A stretch of DNA of 64,000 bases. Source: an uncultured delta proteobacterium (GTDB taxonomy: Bacteria; Myxococcota; Myxococcia; Myxococcales; Anaeromyxobacteraceae). The position numbers and the translations under genes are program-made. The stretch spans positions 31,733 through 95,732 of the forward strand of contig CAVTDL010000005.1 of assembly GCA_963733485.1 (NCBI GenBank), in the 5' to 3' direction. This document shows positions 44,863 to 54,856 of the stretch, piece after piece. Numbering within the stretch: position 1 is the stretch's first letter; the number at the start of each line of letters is the position of its first letter. The notes under the pieces are model-generated. The model had not been told where the DNA came from. It saw only the letters and a program-made list of their open reading frames with translations, and did not search any database.

Positions 44863-45564
44863 TCAGACGGCGAGGAACTTCCGCACCGCCTGCTCGTCCC
44901 GGCAGATGTCCTCCATCGACCCCTCGAGCTGCACCCGCCCCTTCTCGAGCACGTAGCCGCGATCGCACACGCGCCGGCAGAACCGCAGGTTCTGATCCGC
45001 CAGCAGCACGGTCACGCCGCGCCGCTTGATGAGCTGGATCACCTCCGCGATGTGCGCGACCACCAGCGGCGCGAGCCCCTCGGACGGCTCGTCGAGCAGG
45101 AGCAGCGCCGGGTTCGCCATCAGCGCCCGGCCGATGCCCAGCATCCGCTTCTCGCCGCCGGAGAGGTTCTGCCCCTTCGCGGCGCCTAGCTCGCCCAGCT
45201 TGGGGAGCACCTCGACGATCCGCGCGCGGTTCCACCAGCCGTCCCGCCGGGACACTCGCCGCGCGAGCTCCAGGTTCTCGTCGCTGGTGAGGGTCGGGAA
45301 GATGCGATGATCGTCCGGCACGTAGGCGATGCCGCGCCGGGCCACCGCGTCGGCGGGGAGCCCGCGGATCTCCCGGCCCTGGAAGCGGATCGAGCCGGCG
45401 CGCGCCGGGGTGAGCCCCATGATCGACCGGAGCGTGGTGGTCTTGCCGACGCCGTTCCTCCCCAGGAGGGCGACGCTCTCGCCCGCCTGCACGGAGAGCT
45501 CGATCCCCTGCAGGACGTGGCTGGTGCCGTAGAACGTGTCGACGCGCGAGAGCTCGAGGGTCAT
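44863..45564 (-). CDS. Liv-type ABC ATP-binding protein (LivF-like)
   Basis: GRNGVGKT, LSGGE, LLLDEPSEGLAP. Confidence 0.92.
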   Translation of the reverse strand: MTLELSRVDTFYGTSHVLQGIELSVQAGESVALLGRNGVGKTTTLRSIMGLTPARAGSIRFQGREIRGLPADAVARRGIAYVPDDHRIFPTLTSDENLELARRVSRRDGWWNRARIVEVLPKLGELGAAKGQNLSGGEKRMLGIGRALMANPALLLLDEPSEGLAPLVVAHIAEVIQLIKRRGVTVLLADQNLRFCRRVCDRGYVLEKGRVQLEGSMEDICRDEQAVRKFLAV

Positions 45565-46361
45565 GGCGAGACCGCCGCCTCCGGGCCGGGGCCCGGCAGG
45601 AGCTCGGGGACGTCGGGGCCGAGGTAGACCTCCCGCACCCCCTCGTCGGACCGCACCCGCTCCGGCGTGCCGTCGCAGAGGATGCTCCCGCGGTGCAGGA
45701 CCACCACCCGGGCCGAGAGCGAGAACACGACGTCCATGTCGTGCTCGACCAGCACGAAGGTCGTCCGCCCGTCCCTCGCGAGCGCGCGGATCGAGTCGAG
45801 GAGCCGCGCCCGCTCGACCGGGTTCATGCCGGCGGTGGGCTCGTCGAGGAAGAGCAGGGCCGGCCGCGCGGCCAGGGCCACCCCGACCTCGAGCAGGTGC
45901 TTGTCGCCGTGCGAGAGCGCGCTGGCGGGGGTGTCCCGCCGGGCGGCGAGGCCGATCCGCTCCAGCATGGCCTCCGCCTCGGCGAGGGCCGCCGCCTCGC
46001 GCCAGATCGGGGCGAAGAGGCGCCGCGCCCGGCCGGCCGCGGCGAGCGCCGGGATGAGCACGTTCTCGAGCGCCGTGAGCTGCGGGAAGACGTTCACGAT
46101 CTGGAACGAGCGGCAGATCCCGAGCCGGACCCGCGCGTGCACCGGGAGGCGCGTCACGTCGCGCCCGCGGAAGAGCACGCGCCCGCGCTGCACCGGCAGG
46201 TGGCCGCTGAGCAGGTTGATGAGCGTGGACTTCCCGGCGCCGTTCGGGCCGATGACGGAGGTGAGCACGCCCTCCTCGAAGGCGAGGTCCAGGTTCTCCG
46301 CCGTGCAGACCTTGCCGAACCAGTTGGTGAGCCGCTCGGCCCGCAGGATCGGCTCGCTCAT
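45561..46361 (-). CDS. Liv-type ABC ATP-binding protein (LivG-like)
   Basis: GPNGAGKS, RSFQI, LSHGD, LDEPTAG, VEHDMD. Confidence 0.92.
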   Translation of the reverse strand: MSEPILRAERLTNWFGKVCTAENLDLAFEEGVLTSVIGPNGAGKSTLINLLSGHLPVQRGRVLFRGRDVTRLPVHARVRLGICRSFQIVNVFPQLTALENVLIPALAAAGRARRLFAPIWREAAALAEAEAMLERIGLAARRDTPASALSHGDKHLLEVGVALAARPALLFLDEPTAGMNPVERARLLDSIRALARDGRTTFVLVEHDMDVVFSLSARVVVLHRGSILCDGTPERVRSDEGVREVYLGPDVPELLPGPGPEAAVSP

Positions 46362-47326
46362 CGCCGCGCCTCCGCCCGCCGGGCCAGGGCCTGCTGGATC
46401 GTGCCGACCACGCCGCCGCGGAAGGCGCCGATGATGAGGAGGAGCACGACCCCGAAGCCGAGCATCCAGTGCTCGGTGAAGCGCTGGATGACCTCGCGCA
46501 TCGCGACGAAGAGCAGGCTCCCCACCAGCGGGCCGGTCAGGGTGCCGAGCCCGCCGAGGAGGCTCACCAGGATCGGGTCCGCCGAGTGGGTCCAGTGGGC
46601 CATGAACGGCCGCGCGTTGCTCTCCAGCAACGCCTCGAGCGCGCCGGCCAGCCCGGCGAACGCGGCGCTCAGGACGAAGACCGCGAGCCGGTACCGCCGC
46701 ACCGGGACCCCCGCGAACTCCGTGCGCGTGGCGTTCTCGCGGATGCCGGCCAGGACCAGGCCGAACGGCGAGCCGCGGAGGCGCTGCGCCACCCAGATCG
46801 CGCCCGCGAACAGCGCCAGCACGAGGAAGTAGAACTGCGACTCGCGCGCGATGGGCAGGCCGACGTCCCCCCACAGCGTGATGGGCCGGCGCGCGATGCC
46901 GATGAGCCCGTCGTCGCCCCCGGTGATCTCGCGCGCGTTCCACACCAGCGCGAACACCATCATCCCGAAGGCGAGGGTCAGCATCGAGAAGTACACCTCG
47001 CTGCTGCGCACCGAGAGGAAGCCGATGGCCACCGCGAGCGCCGCGGCGGCGGCGACGCCCACCGCGATCCCCAGCAGCGGGTGGGCGGAGACGTGGAGCG
47101 AGAAGAGCCCGAGCCCGTAGGCGCCGGCCGCGTAGAACGCGCCGTGCCCGAAGGAGAGGAGCCCGGTCCGACCGAGCAGGAGGTCGTAGCCGATCGCGAA
47201 GATCCCGAGCAGCATCACCCGGATCGCGAGGTACGTGACGAACTTGCCCGCCACGAGCGGCAGGGCGGCGAGGGCCGCGAACACCGCCACCCAGGCCGCG
47301 AGCTGGAGCGCCCTCCCCCTGGTCAT
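46358..47326 (-). CDS. Liv-type ABC permease (LivM-like)
   Basis: TGLLSFGHGAF, YFSMLTLAF, TGGDDG, IRENATR, LGGLGTLTGP. Confidence 0.92.
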   Translation of the reverse strand: MTRGRALQLAAWVAVFAALAALPLVAGKFVTYLAIRVMLLGIFAIGYDLLLGRTGLLSFGHGAFYAAGAYGLGLFSLHVSAHPLLGIAVGVAAAAALAVAIGFLSVRSSEVYFSMLTLAFGMMVFALVWNAREITGGDDGLIGIARRPITLWGDVGLPIARESQFYFLVLALFAGAIWVAQRLRGSPFGLVLAGIRENATRTEFAGVPVRRYRLAVFVLSAAFAGLAGALEALLESNARPFMAHWTHSADPILVSLLGGLGTLTGPLVGSLLFVAMREVIQRFTEHWMLGFGVVLLLIIGAFRGGVVGTIQQALARRAEARR

Positions 47327-48189
47327 CGCGCGGCCCCGAAGAGGCCGCGCGGGCGCCACAGCAGCACCCCGGCCATGAGGATGAAGGTGAGGAACATGTC
47401 GAAGGCCGGGAAGAAGCGGGTGCCGACCGCCGAGAGGACGCCGATGACCGCGGCCCCGGCGAAGGCGCCCTTCAGGCTCCCCAGCCCGCCGATCACCGCC
47501 ACGATGAAGGCCTCGATGATGATGGCCTCGCCCATCCCGGCGGTGAGCAGCCCGACGTAGGGGACCGCCAGCGCGCCGCCGAGCGCGCCCACCCAGCACC
47601 CGAACGCGAAGACGCCGCTGAACAGCGCCGGCACCGGCACGCCGATGGCCGCCGCCATCTCTCGGTCCGAAGAGGCCGCCCGGACGATCCGCCCGGCCCA
47701 GGTCCGCTCCAGGAGCGCCCACAGGCCGAGCGCCACCAGCGGGCCGACCGCGATGATGAAGAGGCTGTAGACGGGGAACTTCCTGCCGGCGACCAGGACC
47801 GATCCGGCGAGGCCCGCCGCGACGGGGGGCCGGATCGAGCCGGCGCCCCAGAGGATGGTCACGAGGTTGTCGAAGATGAGGACGAACGCGAAGGTGAGGA
47901 GGAGCTGGTACGGGAGCGCCAGCTGGTAGACGCGCCGCAGGAAGAACCGCTCCATGAGCCAGCCGACCGCCGCGACCGCGAGCGGGCCGAGCAGCAGGCC
48001 GAGGTAGAAGTGCGGGCCGAGGTGCTTCATGAGCGTGAAGCAGACGTACGCGCCGAGCATGTAGAAGCTGCCGTGCGCGAAGTTCAGCACCCCCAGCACG
48101 CCGAAGATCAGCGTGAGGCCGCTCGCCACCAGCCAGATGAACATCCCGGAGGAGAGGCCGGCGAGCGCGACGTGGACGATCGATTCCAT
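47323..48189 (-). CDS. Liv-type ABC permease (LivH-like)
   Basis: GLTLIFGVLGVLNFAHG, IGGLGSLKGA, RPRGLFG. Confidence 0.93.
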   Translation of the reverse strand: MESIVHVALAGLSSGMFIWLVASGLTLIFGVLGVLNFAHGSFYMLGAYVCFTLMKHLGPHFYLGLLLGPLAVAAVGWLMERFFLRRVYQLALPYQLLLTFAFVLIFDNLVTILWGAGSIRPPVAAGLAGSVLVAGRKFPVYSLFIIAVGPLVALGLWALLERTWAGRIVRAASSDREMAAAIGVPVPALFSGVFAFGCWVGALGGALAVPYVGLLTAGMGEAIIIEAFIVAVIGGLGSLKGAFAGAAVIGVLSAVGTRFFPAFDMFLTFILMAGVLLWRPRGLFGAAR

Positions 48190-48252
48190 TCGGGCCGGGT
48201 CGGCGGGGGTCGAGCGGGCGGGCGCGGGACGTCCCGCGCCCGCCGCGCCGGA

Positions 48253-49534
48253 TCAGGTGGTGAAGGGCGGCTGGCCGGCGGGGCCGTCGAAGGGCGGGCG
48301 GCTGAAGCACACGCTGGCCGGGATCACCTTCTGCTCGCCCATGATCCGGAACGGGTACCTGGGATCCGCCTTGGTCTTGCCCCACGGCACGTCGTAGACG
48401 GCCTGGTGATCTTCCTTGCGGAACAGCCGGCGGCCGGCGGGGGAGTCCAGCTCCATCCCCTCCATCGCCTGGATGACCGCCTTGGTCTCCTTCGAGCCGG
48501 CCCGCTCCACCGCCGCCTTGAACGCGTAGATCGAGGAGTAGGCGGTCTCCGACACGTACGCCGGGAAGTGGTTCCAGCGCTTCTGGAAGCGCGCGACCCA
48601 GTCCTTGTTCCTCTTCGAGTCCGGGTAGAGGAAGTAGTAGCGGCCGGAGATCCACACGCCCTCGGGCATGTCCGCGCCCAGCCCCTCGAGCACGTCCATG
48701 GCGGCGCCGACCGGGAACATCACGTGCTTCACCTTGTCGAAGAGCCCCGCCTCGCGGGCCTGCTTCACGAAGGTGATGAGCTCGCCCGCCCACTCGACCG
48801 AGTAGAGCCCCTCCGGCTTCGCGTCCATGATGGTGTTGATGTGGGAGCGGAAGTCGGTCGTGCCGGCCGGGGCGAAGGACTCCGCCACGAACTGGGTGCC
48901 GGGCTTCAGCTTCCCCAGCGTCTCCTGGAACATCTTCCAGCAGGTGAAGCCGTACTCGTACTTCGGGCTCACCGTGGCCCACCGGGTCGCCGGCAGGTCC
49001 TTCGCGACGAAGGCCGCGGCGTGCCCGTCCTGGTAGGTGGGCGTGCAGATGCGGAAGATCTGCCGGATCCCCTTCTTGAAGACGAACTCCTCGGTCAGCT
49101 TCTCGGTGGCGGCGTGCGTCACGATCAGCACCCGGTCGAGCTGCTCCACGATGGGCGCGATGGCGAGCGCCTGGCCGGAGGAGTCGATGCCGGCCAGGAA
49201 GTCCGCGCCCCAGCTGTCGACGAAGTAGCGGGCGTTCTTGATGGCGTCGTCCGGCTTCATGGTGGAGTCGCGCACGTCGAGCTCCACCTTCACGCCCGCG
49301 ATCCCGCCCTGCTGGTTGATCTCGTCGACCGCCATGAGCGCGCCCATCTTGTGGAACTCGCCGTAGCCGGCGAGCGTCCCGGAGAGCACGGTCTGGTAGC
49401 CCGATCTTGATGGGCCCCTTGATCTTCGGGGTGGCGGCGAAGGCGCCTCCGGGGAAGGCCGCCCCGGCGGCCGCGAGCACCGAGGCGCTGCCGGTCAGCT
49501 TGAGGAAGGTGCGACGGTCGACGCGCTTCTTCAT
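48253..49534 (-). CDS. Tat-exported Liv-type ABC substrate-binding protein; frameshift near 49400
   Basis: MKKRVDRRTFLKL twin-arginine signal; LSG..AGYG, EINQQGGIAG, FRKEDHQA. Confidence 0.9.
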
Positions 49535-49959
49535 GCCGGTCTCCTCTTCTTGTGGGGCGCGCCCGCCCTGCCGGCCGGGCGCGTCGGGGGGGCCTGCCTG
49601 GTCACGGACGCATCGCTCGATGCGCCCATGCATCGCTGCGGTCCTTCCTCGAGCTCCTCGCCGCGCTCCACCTGGACGCCCTGCGACGCGAACCGGATGG
49701 GCAGATCCGCGACGTCGTGCTGACCGAGCCCCAGGTAGGCCACCAGCTGCTCGCCGTCACCCGACGGCAGGAGCACCAGATAGCCCAGCGGAATCGAGAC
49801 CTCCGCCAGCACGCGCAGGACGACGGCGGCGTCGCGCGCCTCGCGGAGGCGCAGGACGTAGCGGTCGGCCACTCCGACGCGCCGCGCCAGATCGTGGTCA
49901 GGGTCGCGTCGCTCGCGTCGGTCCGGCGCCTTGCGCGTGCTCCCCGCCGCCTTCGCCAT
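49531..49959 (-). CDS. Hypothetical protein, first gene of the sigma-54 operon
   Basis: CAGGAGG RBS before ATG 49959; alpha/beta pattern; stop overlaps the start of the SBP gene. Confidence 0.55.
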   Translation of the reverse strand: MAKAAGSTRKAPDRRERRDPDHDLARRVGVADRYVLRLREARDAAVVLRVLAEVSIPLGYLVLLPSGDGEQLVAYLGLGQHDVADLPIRFASQGVQVERGEELEEGPQRCMGASSDASVTRQAPPTRPAGRAGAPHKKRRPA

Positions 49960-49989
49960 GCACCTGCCTCCTGGAGTGGGGCCGGGCAC

Positions 49990-50005
49990 TGCGAGCGCCG
50001 TTCCA
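49990..50005 (-). promoter_or_regulatory. Sigma-54 -24/-12 promoter of the ABC/AbfD operon
   Basis: Minus strand TGGAACG-GCGC-TCGCA with correct GG/GC spacing, adjacent to a sigma-54 activator gene. Confidence 0.65.
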
Positions 50006-50188
50006 ACGCGCCGGCGTCGTCACCGCGCGGCTGGACGTGCGCGTGCCCGCTGGGGATTCCGCCCGGACGGGAGCGGAGGCGGCGCGCGGCCGGGCGATGC
50101 GGCGGCGCATCGGGCGGGGGACGCGCGGCGCGGGGGGCACGGCCTCGGCCGCGCCGGGGGGGGGGACGGAGGTGCCGCTCGAGACGGA

Positions 50189-51982
50189 TCAGCGGCGCGG
50201 CGGGCGGCGGCCTTCCTGCGCCGGGAGGCCGAGCTTGAACCGGCGCAGCTTGCGGACGACGGTGGACTGGTTCACGCCGAGGCGCCTCGCCATCGCGTGC
50301 GTCGTCCCGCACTCGGCGCGGCAGCGCTCGAGGATGCGCCGCTCCACGGCCTCGAGCGCCTCGGCCAGCCCCGCCTCGGGGCCGAGCGCGCCGGGCTCGG
50401 CGACATCGTGGGCGCCCCCGCGCTGGATCTCGACGGGGAGGTGCTGCGGCTCGAGCCACTTGCCGTCGGCCAGGATGAACGCCCGCTCGACGACGTTCTG
50501 GAGATCGCGGACGTTCCCGGGGAAGGCGGACCCGGCGAGCAGGTCGAGCGCCTCGGGCCGCAGCCGCTTCGCCTTGCCGTACTTGCGGTTGAGCTCGCCG
50601 AGGCTGCGCTCCACCAGCGGCAGGACGTCCTCGGGGCGCTCCCGCAGGGCCGGGACGTGGATGGGGAACACGTTCAGCCGGAAGAAGAGGTCCTCGCGGA
50701 AGAGCCGCTCGCGGATCATCGCGCGGAGGTCGCGGTTGGTGGCGGCGACGATGCGCACGTCGATCCTCCGCACGCGCGCGGCGCCCACCCGGCGGATCTC
50801 GCGCTCCTCGAGCGCCTTGAGGAGGGTCACCTGGAGGGCGAGGGGGATCTCGCCGACCTCGTCGAGGAAGAGCGTCCCGCCGTCCGCGAGCTCGAACAGG
50901 CCAGGCTTCCCGTGCTGGGAGGCGCCGGTGAAGGCGCCGCGCTCGTAGCCGAACAGCTCCGACTCCATCAGCCCGGCCGGGATCGCGCCGCAGTTCACGT
51001 GGATGAACGGGCCGCCCTTCCGAGCGCCGAGGTTGTGGACCAGGCGCGCCAGCATGCCCTTCCCCACCCCGGACTCGCCGGTGAGGAGCACCGGGGAGTC
51101 GACGTCGCTCACGCGGACGACCAGGCCGACGCAGTTCTCCATGGCCTCGCTGCGGAACACCACCGCCTCCCGGTCGACGCCCTCGAGGCTCGCCTTCTTG
51201 AGCTCGTCCCGGTAGCGGCGCGCGAGCGTCCTCGACTCGTTCACCTCCTCCCGGAGCTGGCTCAGCTCGGTGATGTCGCGCACGTTGCTCACCACCAGGA
51301 CGATCTCGCCGCGCTCGTCGAACACCGGATTGCCGGTGACGATCGCCGTCCGGCCGTTCGAGAACTGCTGCATGATCGTGACGCGCCGGCGCTTCTCGAG
51401 GACCTCCAGGGTCACCGACTGGTTGATGGTCCCCTGGCGGACCAGCTCCCGCATGTTCTTCCCCTGGACGTCCTCGGCCAGGAGGCCGGACACGCGGAGG
51501 TAGGCGCTGTTGAAGAACAGCCCGTCGGCGTTCCCGTTCGCGATGTAGAGCCCGTCGTACGACGAGTGGATGACGGTGTGGAGCTGCGCCGCCAGCTCCC
51601 GGTAGGTCTGGAGCTCCTTCGCGGTCTCCTCGTAGCGGGAGATGTCCTTGAAGACGCTGATGACGCCGACGACCTCGGGGCCGTCGAACACCGGGCTTCG
51701 ATCGGCGATGACCGTCCCCCCGCCGCGCGGCTGGATCTTCACCCCCCACTGCGGCTCCCCGGTGCGGAGGATGGCGCGGAAGGCCTCGCCCGACCCCGGC
51801 ACCACGTCCTCGATCCGCTCCCCGAGCAGCTCCCCGCGCGGCGTGGCGAGGATCTCCTCGGCCGCCGGGTTCGCGTAGCGGATGCGGCACTCCTGGTCCG
51901 TGCAGACCATCCCCACGCTCGCCGCGCCGAGCACGAGGTCCCAGCGGAACGGGCGTGAGGTCTCGGCTGTCCGAGCGGGCAT
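50189..51982 (-). CDS. PAS-PAS-AAA sigma-54 enhancer-binding protein with TyrR-like HTH
   Basis: Two PAS domains, GESGVGK, ELFGYERGAFTGA, FPGNVRDLQN, LGVNQSTVVRKL. Confidence 0.93.
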   Translation of the reverse strand: MPARTAETSRPFRWDLVLGAASVGMVCTDQECRIRYANPAAEEILATPRGELLGERIEDVVPGSGEAFRAILRTGEPQWGVKIQPRGGGTVIADRSPVFDGPEVVGVISVFKDISRYEETAKELQTYRELAAQLHTVIHSSYDGLYIANGNADGLFFNSAYLRVSGLLAEDVQGKNMRELVRQGTINQSVTLEVLEKRRRVTIMQQFSNGRTAIVTGNPVFDERGEIVLVVSNVRDITELSQLREEVNESRTLARRYRDELKKASLEGVDREAVVFRSEAMENCVGLVVRVSDVDSPVLLTGESGVGKGMLARLVHNLGARKGGPFIHVNCGAIPAGLMESELFGYERGAFTGASQHGKPGLFELADGGTLFLDEVGEIPLALQVTLLKALEEREIRRVGAARVRRIDVRIVAATNRDLRAMIRERLFREDLFFRLNVFPIHVPALRERPEDVLPLVERSLGELNRKYGKAKRLRPEALDLLAGSAFPGNVRDLQNVVERAFILADGKWLEPQHLPVEIQRGGAHDVAEPGALGPEAGLAEALEAVERRILERCRAECGTTHAMARRLGVNQSTVVRKLRRFKLGLPAQEGRRPPRR

Positions 51983-52120
51983 CGGTGGACGCTCCGGGTC
52001 TCTGGAAGGCCGCACCCGTCCGGCGCTGCGCGCGACGGCGGGAACGGAACGCTAGCACGCGGCGCGCGGGCGCTTCAACGGCGTGCGACGGGCCTTCACC
52101 CCGGGAGCGAGTCCGGGGGA

Positions 52121-53035
52121 TCAACCCCGCCAAGGCCCGCTCGCCCGGAGCGCGGCCACGATGGCCCGCGTCGAGGGAGAGCGGTTCAGCGTGTAGAAGT
52201 GGACCCCTGGCGCGCCGCGGCGGAGCAGGTCGGCGCACTGCAGCGTCGCGTAGGCGACGCCGAGCTCACGCGCCGCGTCGGGGTCCTCTCGCCGGACCTC
52301 CATGGCCGCCTGCAGCGGGGGCGGGATGCAGGCGCCGCACATGGCCGTGAAGCGCTCCACCTGCTCGACGTTGGTGAAGGGCATGATCCCGGGCACGATG
52401 GGGACCGCGATCCCCGCTGCCCGGGCCCGCTCCACGAAGCGCAGGTAGTGCCCGTTCTCGAAGAAGAGCTGCGTGACGAGGAAGTCCGTCCCGGCGTCGA
52501 CCTTGGTCTTCAGGTGGCGCAGGTCGAGGGCCAGGTCGCGCGTCTCGACGTGCCCCTCGGGATAGGCGGCCGCCCCGACGCAGAAGGGCCAGCGCGAGGG
52601 CTCCGAGCGGATGAATGCCACCAGCTCGCTCGCGTACGCGAAGCCGTGCGGGTGCGGCGCGAAGGCGCTCTGGCCGCGCGGCGGGTCCCCGCGCAGCGCG
52701 AGCACGTTGGTCACGCCCGCGGCCGCCACCTCGTCCAGCACCGCGGCGATCTCCTGGCGCGAGGCGCCGGCGCAGGTGACGTGCGCCATGGTCTCGACCT
52801 CGCTGTCGCGCTTCAGCCGCTTCACCAGCTCGAGCGTCCGGGCGCGGGTCGAGCCACCCGCGCCGTAGGTGACCGACACGTAGGCGGGCCCGAGCGGGCG
52901 CAGCGCCTCCACCGTCTCGAACAGCGCGCGCACGCCCTCGTCGGTCTTCGGCGGGAAGAACTCGAAGGAGAAGATGGGCTCGCCTCGCTCTCTGGCGAAG
53001 CGCAGGAGCTCGGAGATCCTCACGCCGGCCGACAT
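52121..53035 (-). CDS. metF: Methylenetetrahydrofolate reductase
   Basis: FSFEFFPPKT, SVTYGAGGSTR, LALRGDPP, AAYPEGH, VTQLFF, HFYTLNRS. Confidence 0.97.
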   Translation of the reverse strand: MSAGVRISELLRFARERGEPIFSFEFFPPKTDEGVRALFETVEALRPLGPAYVSVTYGAGGSTRARTLELVKRLKRDSEVETMAHVTCAGASRQEIAAVLDEVAAAGVTNVLALRGDPPRGQSAFAPHPHGFAYASELVAFIRSEPSRWPFCVGAAAYPEGHVETRDLALDLRHLKTKVDAGTDFLVTQLFFENGHYLRFVERARAAGIAVPIVPGIMPFTNVEQVERFTAMCGACIPPPLQAAMEVRREDPDAARELGVAYATLQCADLLRRGAPGVHFYTLNRSPSTRAIVAALRASGPWRG

Positions 53036-53112
53036 TAGCCGCCCACCGGGCGGGGCGCCAGCCTGGACCAGGTTGACAGGCCGCCGCCGGCGGGTGAATG
53101 ACTGCCGCGATC

Positions 53113-53604
53113 ATGCCAGGCCCGCCGCGCTACATCACGCCCGAGGGGTTCCGCCGGCTGGCGGCCGAGCACGAGCGCATCTGGTCGGTGGAGCGCCCCC
53201 GGGTGGTCGCCGAGGTCGAGGCCGCCGCCGCGCTGGGCGACCGGAGCGAGAACGCCGAGTACGTCTACGGCAAGCGCAAGCTGCGCGAGCTGGACCGGCG
53301 CCTGCGCTTCCTCTCGCTGCGGATGGACGCGCTCACGGTGATCGAGCCGGCGCCGCACCCGGCCGGCCGCGCGTACTTCGGCGCCTGGGTCACCGTCGAG
53401 CACGACGACGGCGCCGCGCGGACGTACCGGCTGGTGGGCCCCGACGAGCTGGAGCCTTCGGCGGGGCGCATCAGCGTCGACTCGCCGCTCGGGCGCGCGC
53501 TGCTCGGGAAGCGCCCCGGCGACGTGGTGGTGGTGCAGCGGCCGGCCGGGCCGGCCGAGCTCGAGGTGGTCCAGGTCACCTGGACCGCGCCGGAGGGAGC
53601 ATGA
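53113..53604 (+). CDS. greB: Transcription elongation factor GreB
   Basis: YITPEG, LGDRSENAEYVYGKRKLRELDRR, ISVDSPLGRALLGK. Confidence 0.95.
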   Translation: MPGPPRYITPEGFRRLAAEHERIWSVERPRVVAEVEAAAALGDRSENAEYVYGKRKLRELDRRLRFLSLRMDALTVIEPAPHPAGRAYFGAWVTVEHDDGAARTYRLVGPDELEPSAGRISVDSPLGRALLGKRPGDVVVVQRPAGPAELEVVQVTWTAPEGA

Positions 53605-54114
53605 CCGACCTGGACGACCGCGCCGCGCAGCGAGCCCTGGTCGAGCGCTTCGCGCGCGAGCACCCCGGCAGCGTCCTGTACGACGGCGTCCACCCTCCTC
53701 GACGTGCTGGTCGGCGAAGGCGGCCTCCCGCTCGACTGGCGGCGGGTGGTGGTCGTGGAGGAGCGGCGCGACGCCGACTCCGGCCTACCGTACCTGGCGG
53801 TCCGGCGAGACGACGGCGCCGAGATCGCGATCGCTCAGCAGGGGGTGGTGTTCCCGCCCTCCACCGCGTCGACCGGTCCGCTCGACGGGGTCCCGCGCGC
53901 GGTCTGCTTCCGCGACCTGGCGCAGGCGGAGGGACGCCTCACGCACTTCCTCGTCGATCACCCGGGCGAGACCCCGGAGCCGGCCCACGTCTCGCTCTTC
54001 ATGCTCTGCCTCGCGGTGGTGGACGGCGCCCGCGCCGCCGGGTTCGACGTCGCGCGCGAGGAGCGACGGCTCGAGGCGGTGCTGAACGAGCTCGAGGCCC
54101 GACGGCGCGGGTAG
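53601..54114 (+). CDS. Hypothetical protein; frameshift near 53690
   Basis: ATG overlaps the greB stop (GGAGGGAG RBS); continues in ORF 53704..54114 with typical codon bias. Confidence 0.6.
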
Positions 54115-54314
54115 CCCGTCGACGACCCCGGCCGCGCCCCCGCCGGCAGGCGGCCGCCCACCTGTCCGCCGGCGTCCTGCGCGACAGGGCCGGCAGTCCT
54201 CGATCGCCCGCGGGGCTGCCGGGCGGCGCGCCAGCGCGGGGGGCTGTGAGCGCCGGGGGCGATGCGCAGGCTTGTACTGGCGCGGGCCCGGGAGCGGGCG
54301 GGAGGAGGACACAC

Positions 54315-54606
54315 ATGACGACGTCGTGGAGGAAGATGAGGTCCATGCTCGATTCCGAGCTCTTGCTGAAGCGCATGGGGCTCGAGGAGCGCACGCCGAC
54401 CGAGTGACTTCTTCACCGGGCTGGGTCTCTTCTCGGTGGGCATGCTGGTCGGCGCGGGGCTCGGGCTGCTCTTCGCGCCCCGGCGCGGCGAGGACACTCG
54501 CGCCACGCTCCAGCGCGAATGGCGAAGAGGACGGGCAAGGAGATGGGGCTCGACTATCAGTCGATGGGCCGAGACGGCCATGCCGCCGCCGGGCTCCGGG
54601 CACTGA
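54315..54606 (+). CDS. YtxH-domain small membrane protein; frameshifted, end approximate
   Basis: GGAGGAGG RBS; FSVGMLVGAGLGLLFAPRRGEDTR matches the YtxH motif. Confidence 0.65.
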
Positions 54607-54856
54607 TGACGTCCGTGATCCGCGATCACCTTACGGTGTCGCGGCTCACGCTGTCGTTCAGCGCTTCGGCAGCGGGGCCCGGCGGCCCCGCCCCGCCCGG
54701 CAAGGCCGGTCAGGGCCCCACCGGCTCGCGGGGTCCCATGCGCGCCGACGCGAGTGGCTCGCCACTCCGCGTCGGCGCGATTTGCCACGGGGCCTGAGGC
54801 GTTCCGCCACGCTCGAGGGCGGGCCTCGTCTCCTGGGCCCGACCGTACGGCGGCGG

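Noticed and set aside
53036-53112. SAM riboswitch upstream of metF
   Set aside because: The divergent gap is under 80 bp and shows no recognisable aptamer motif.
54395-54415. In-frame TGA as possible selenocysteine or readthrough
   Set aside because: The YtxH-like sequence continues in a different frame, so this is a single-base indel. There is no redox motif context.
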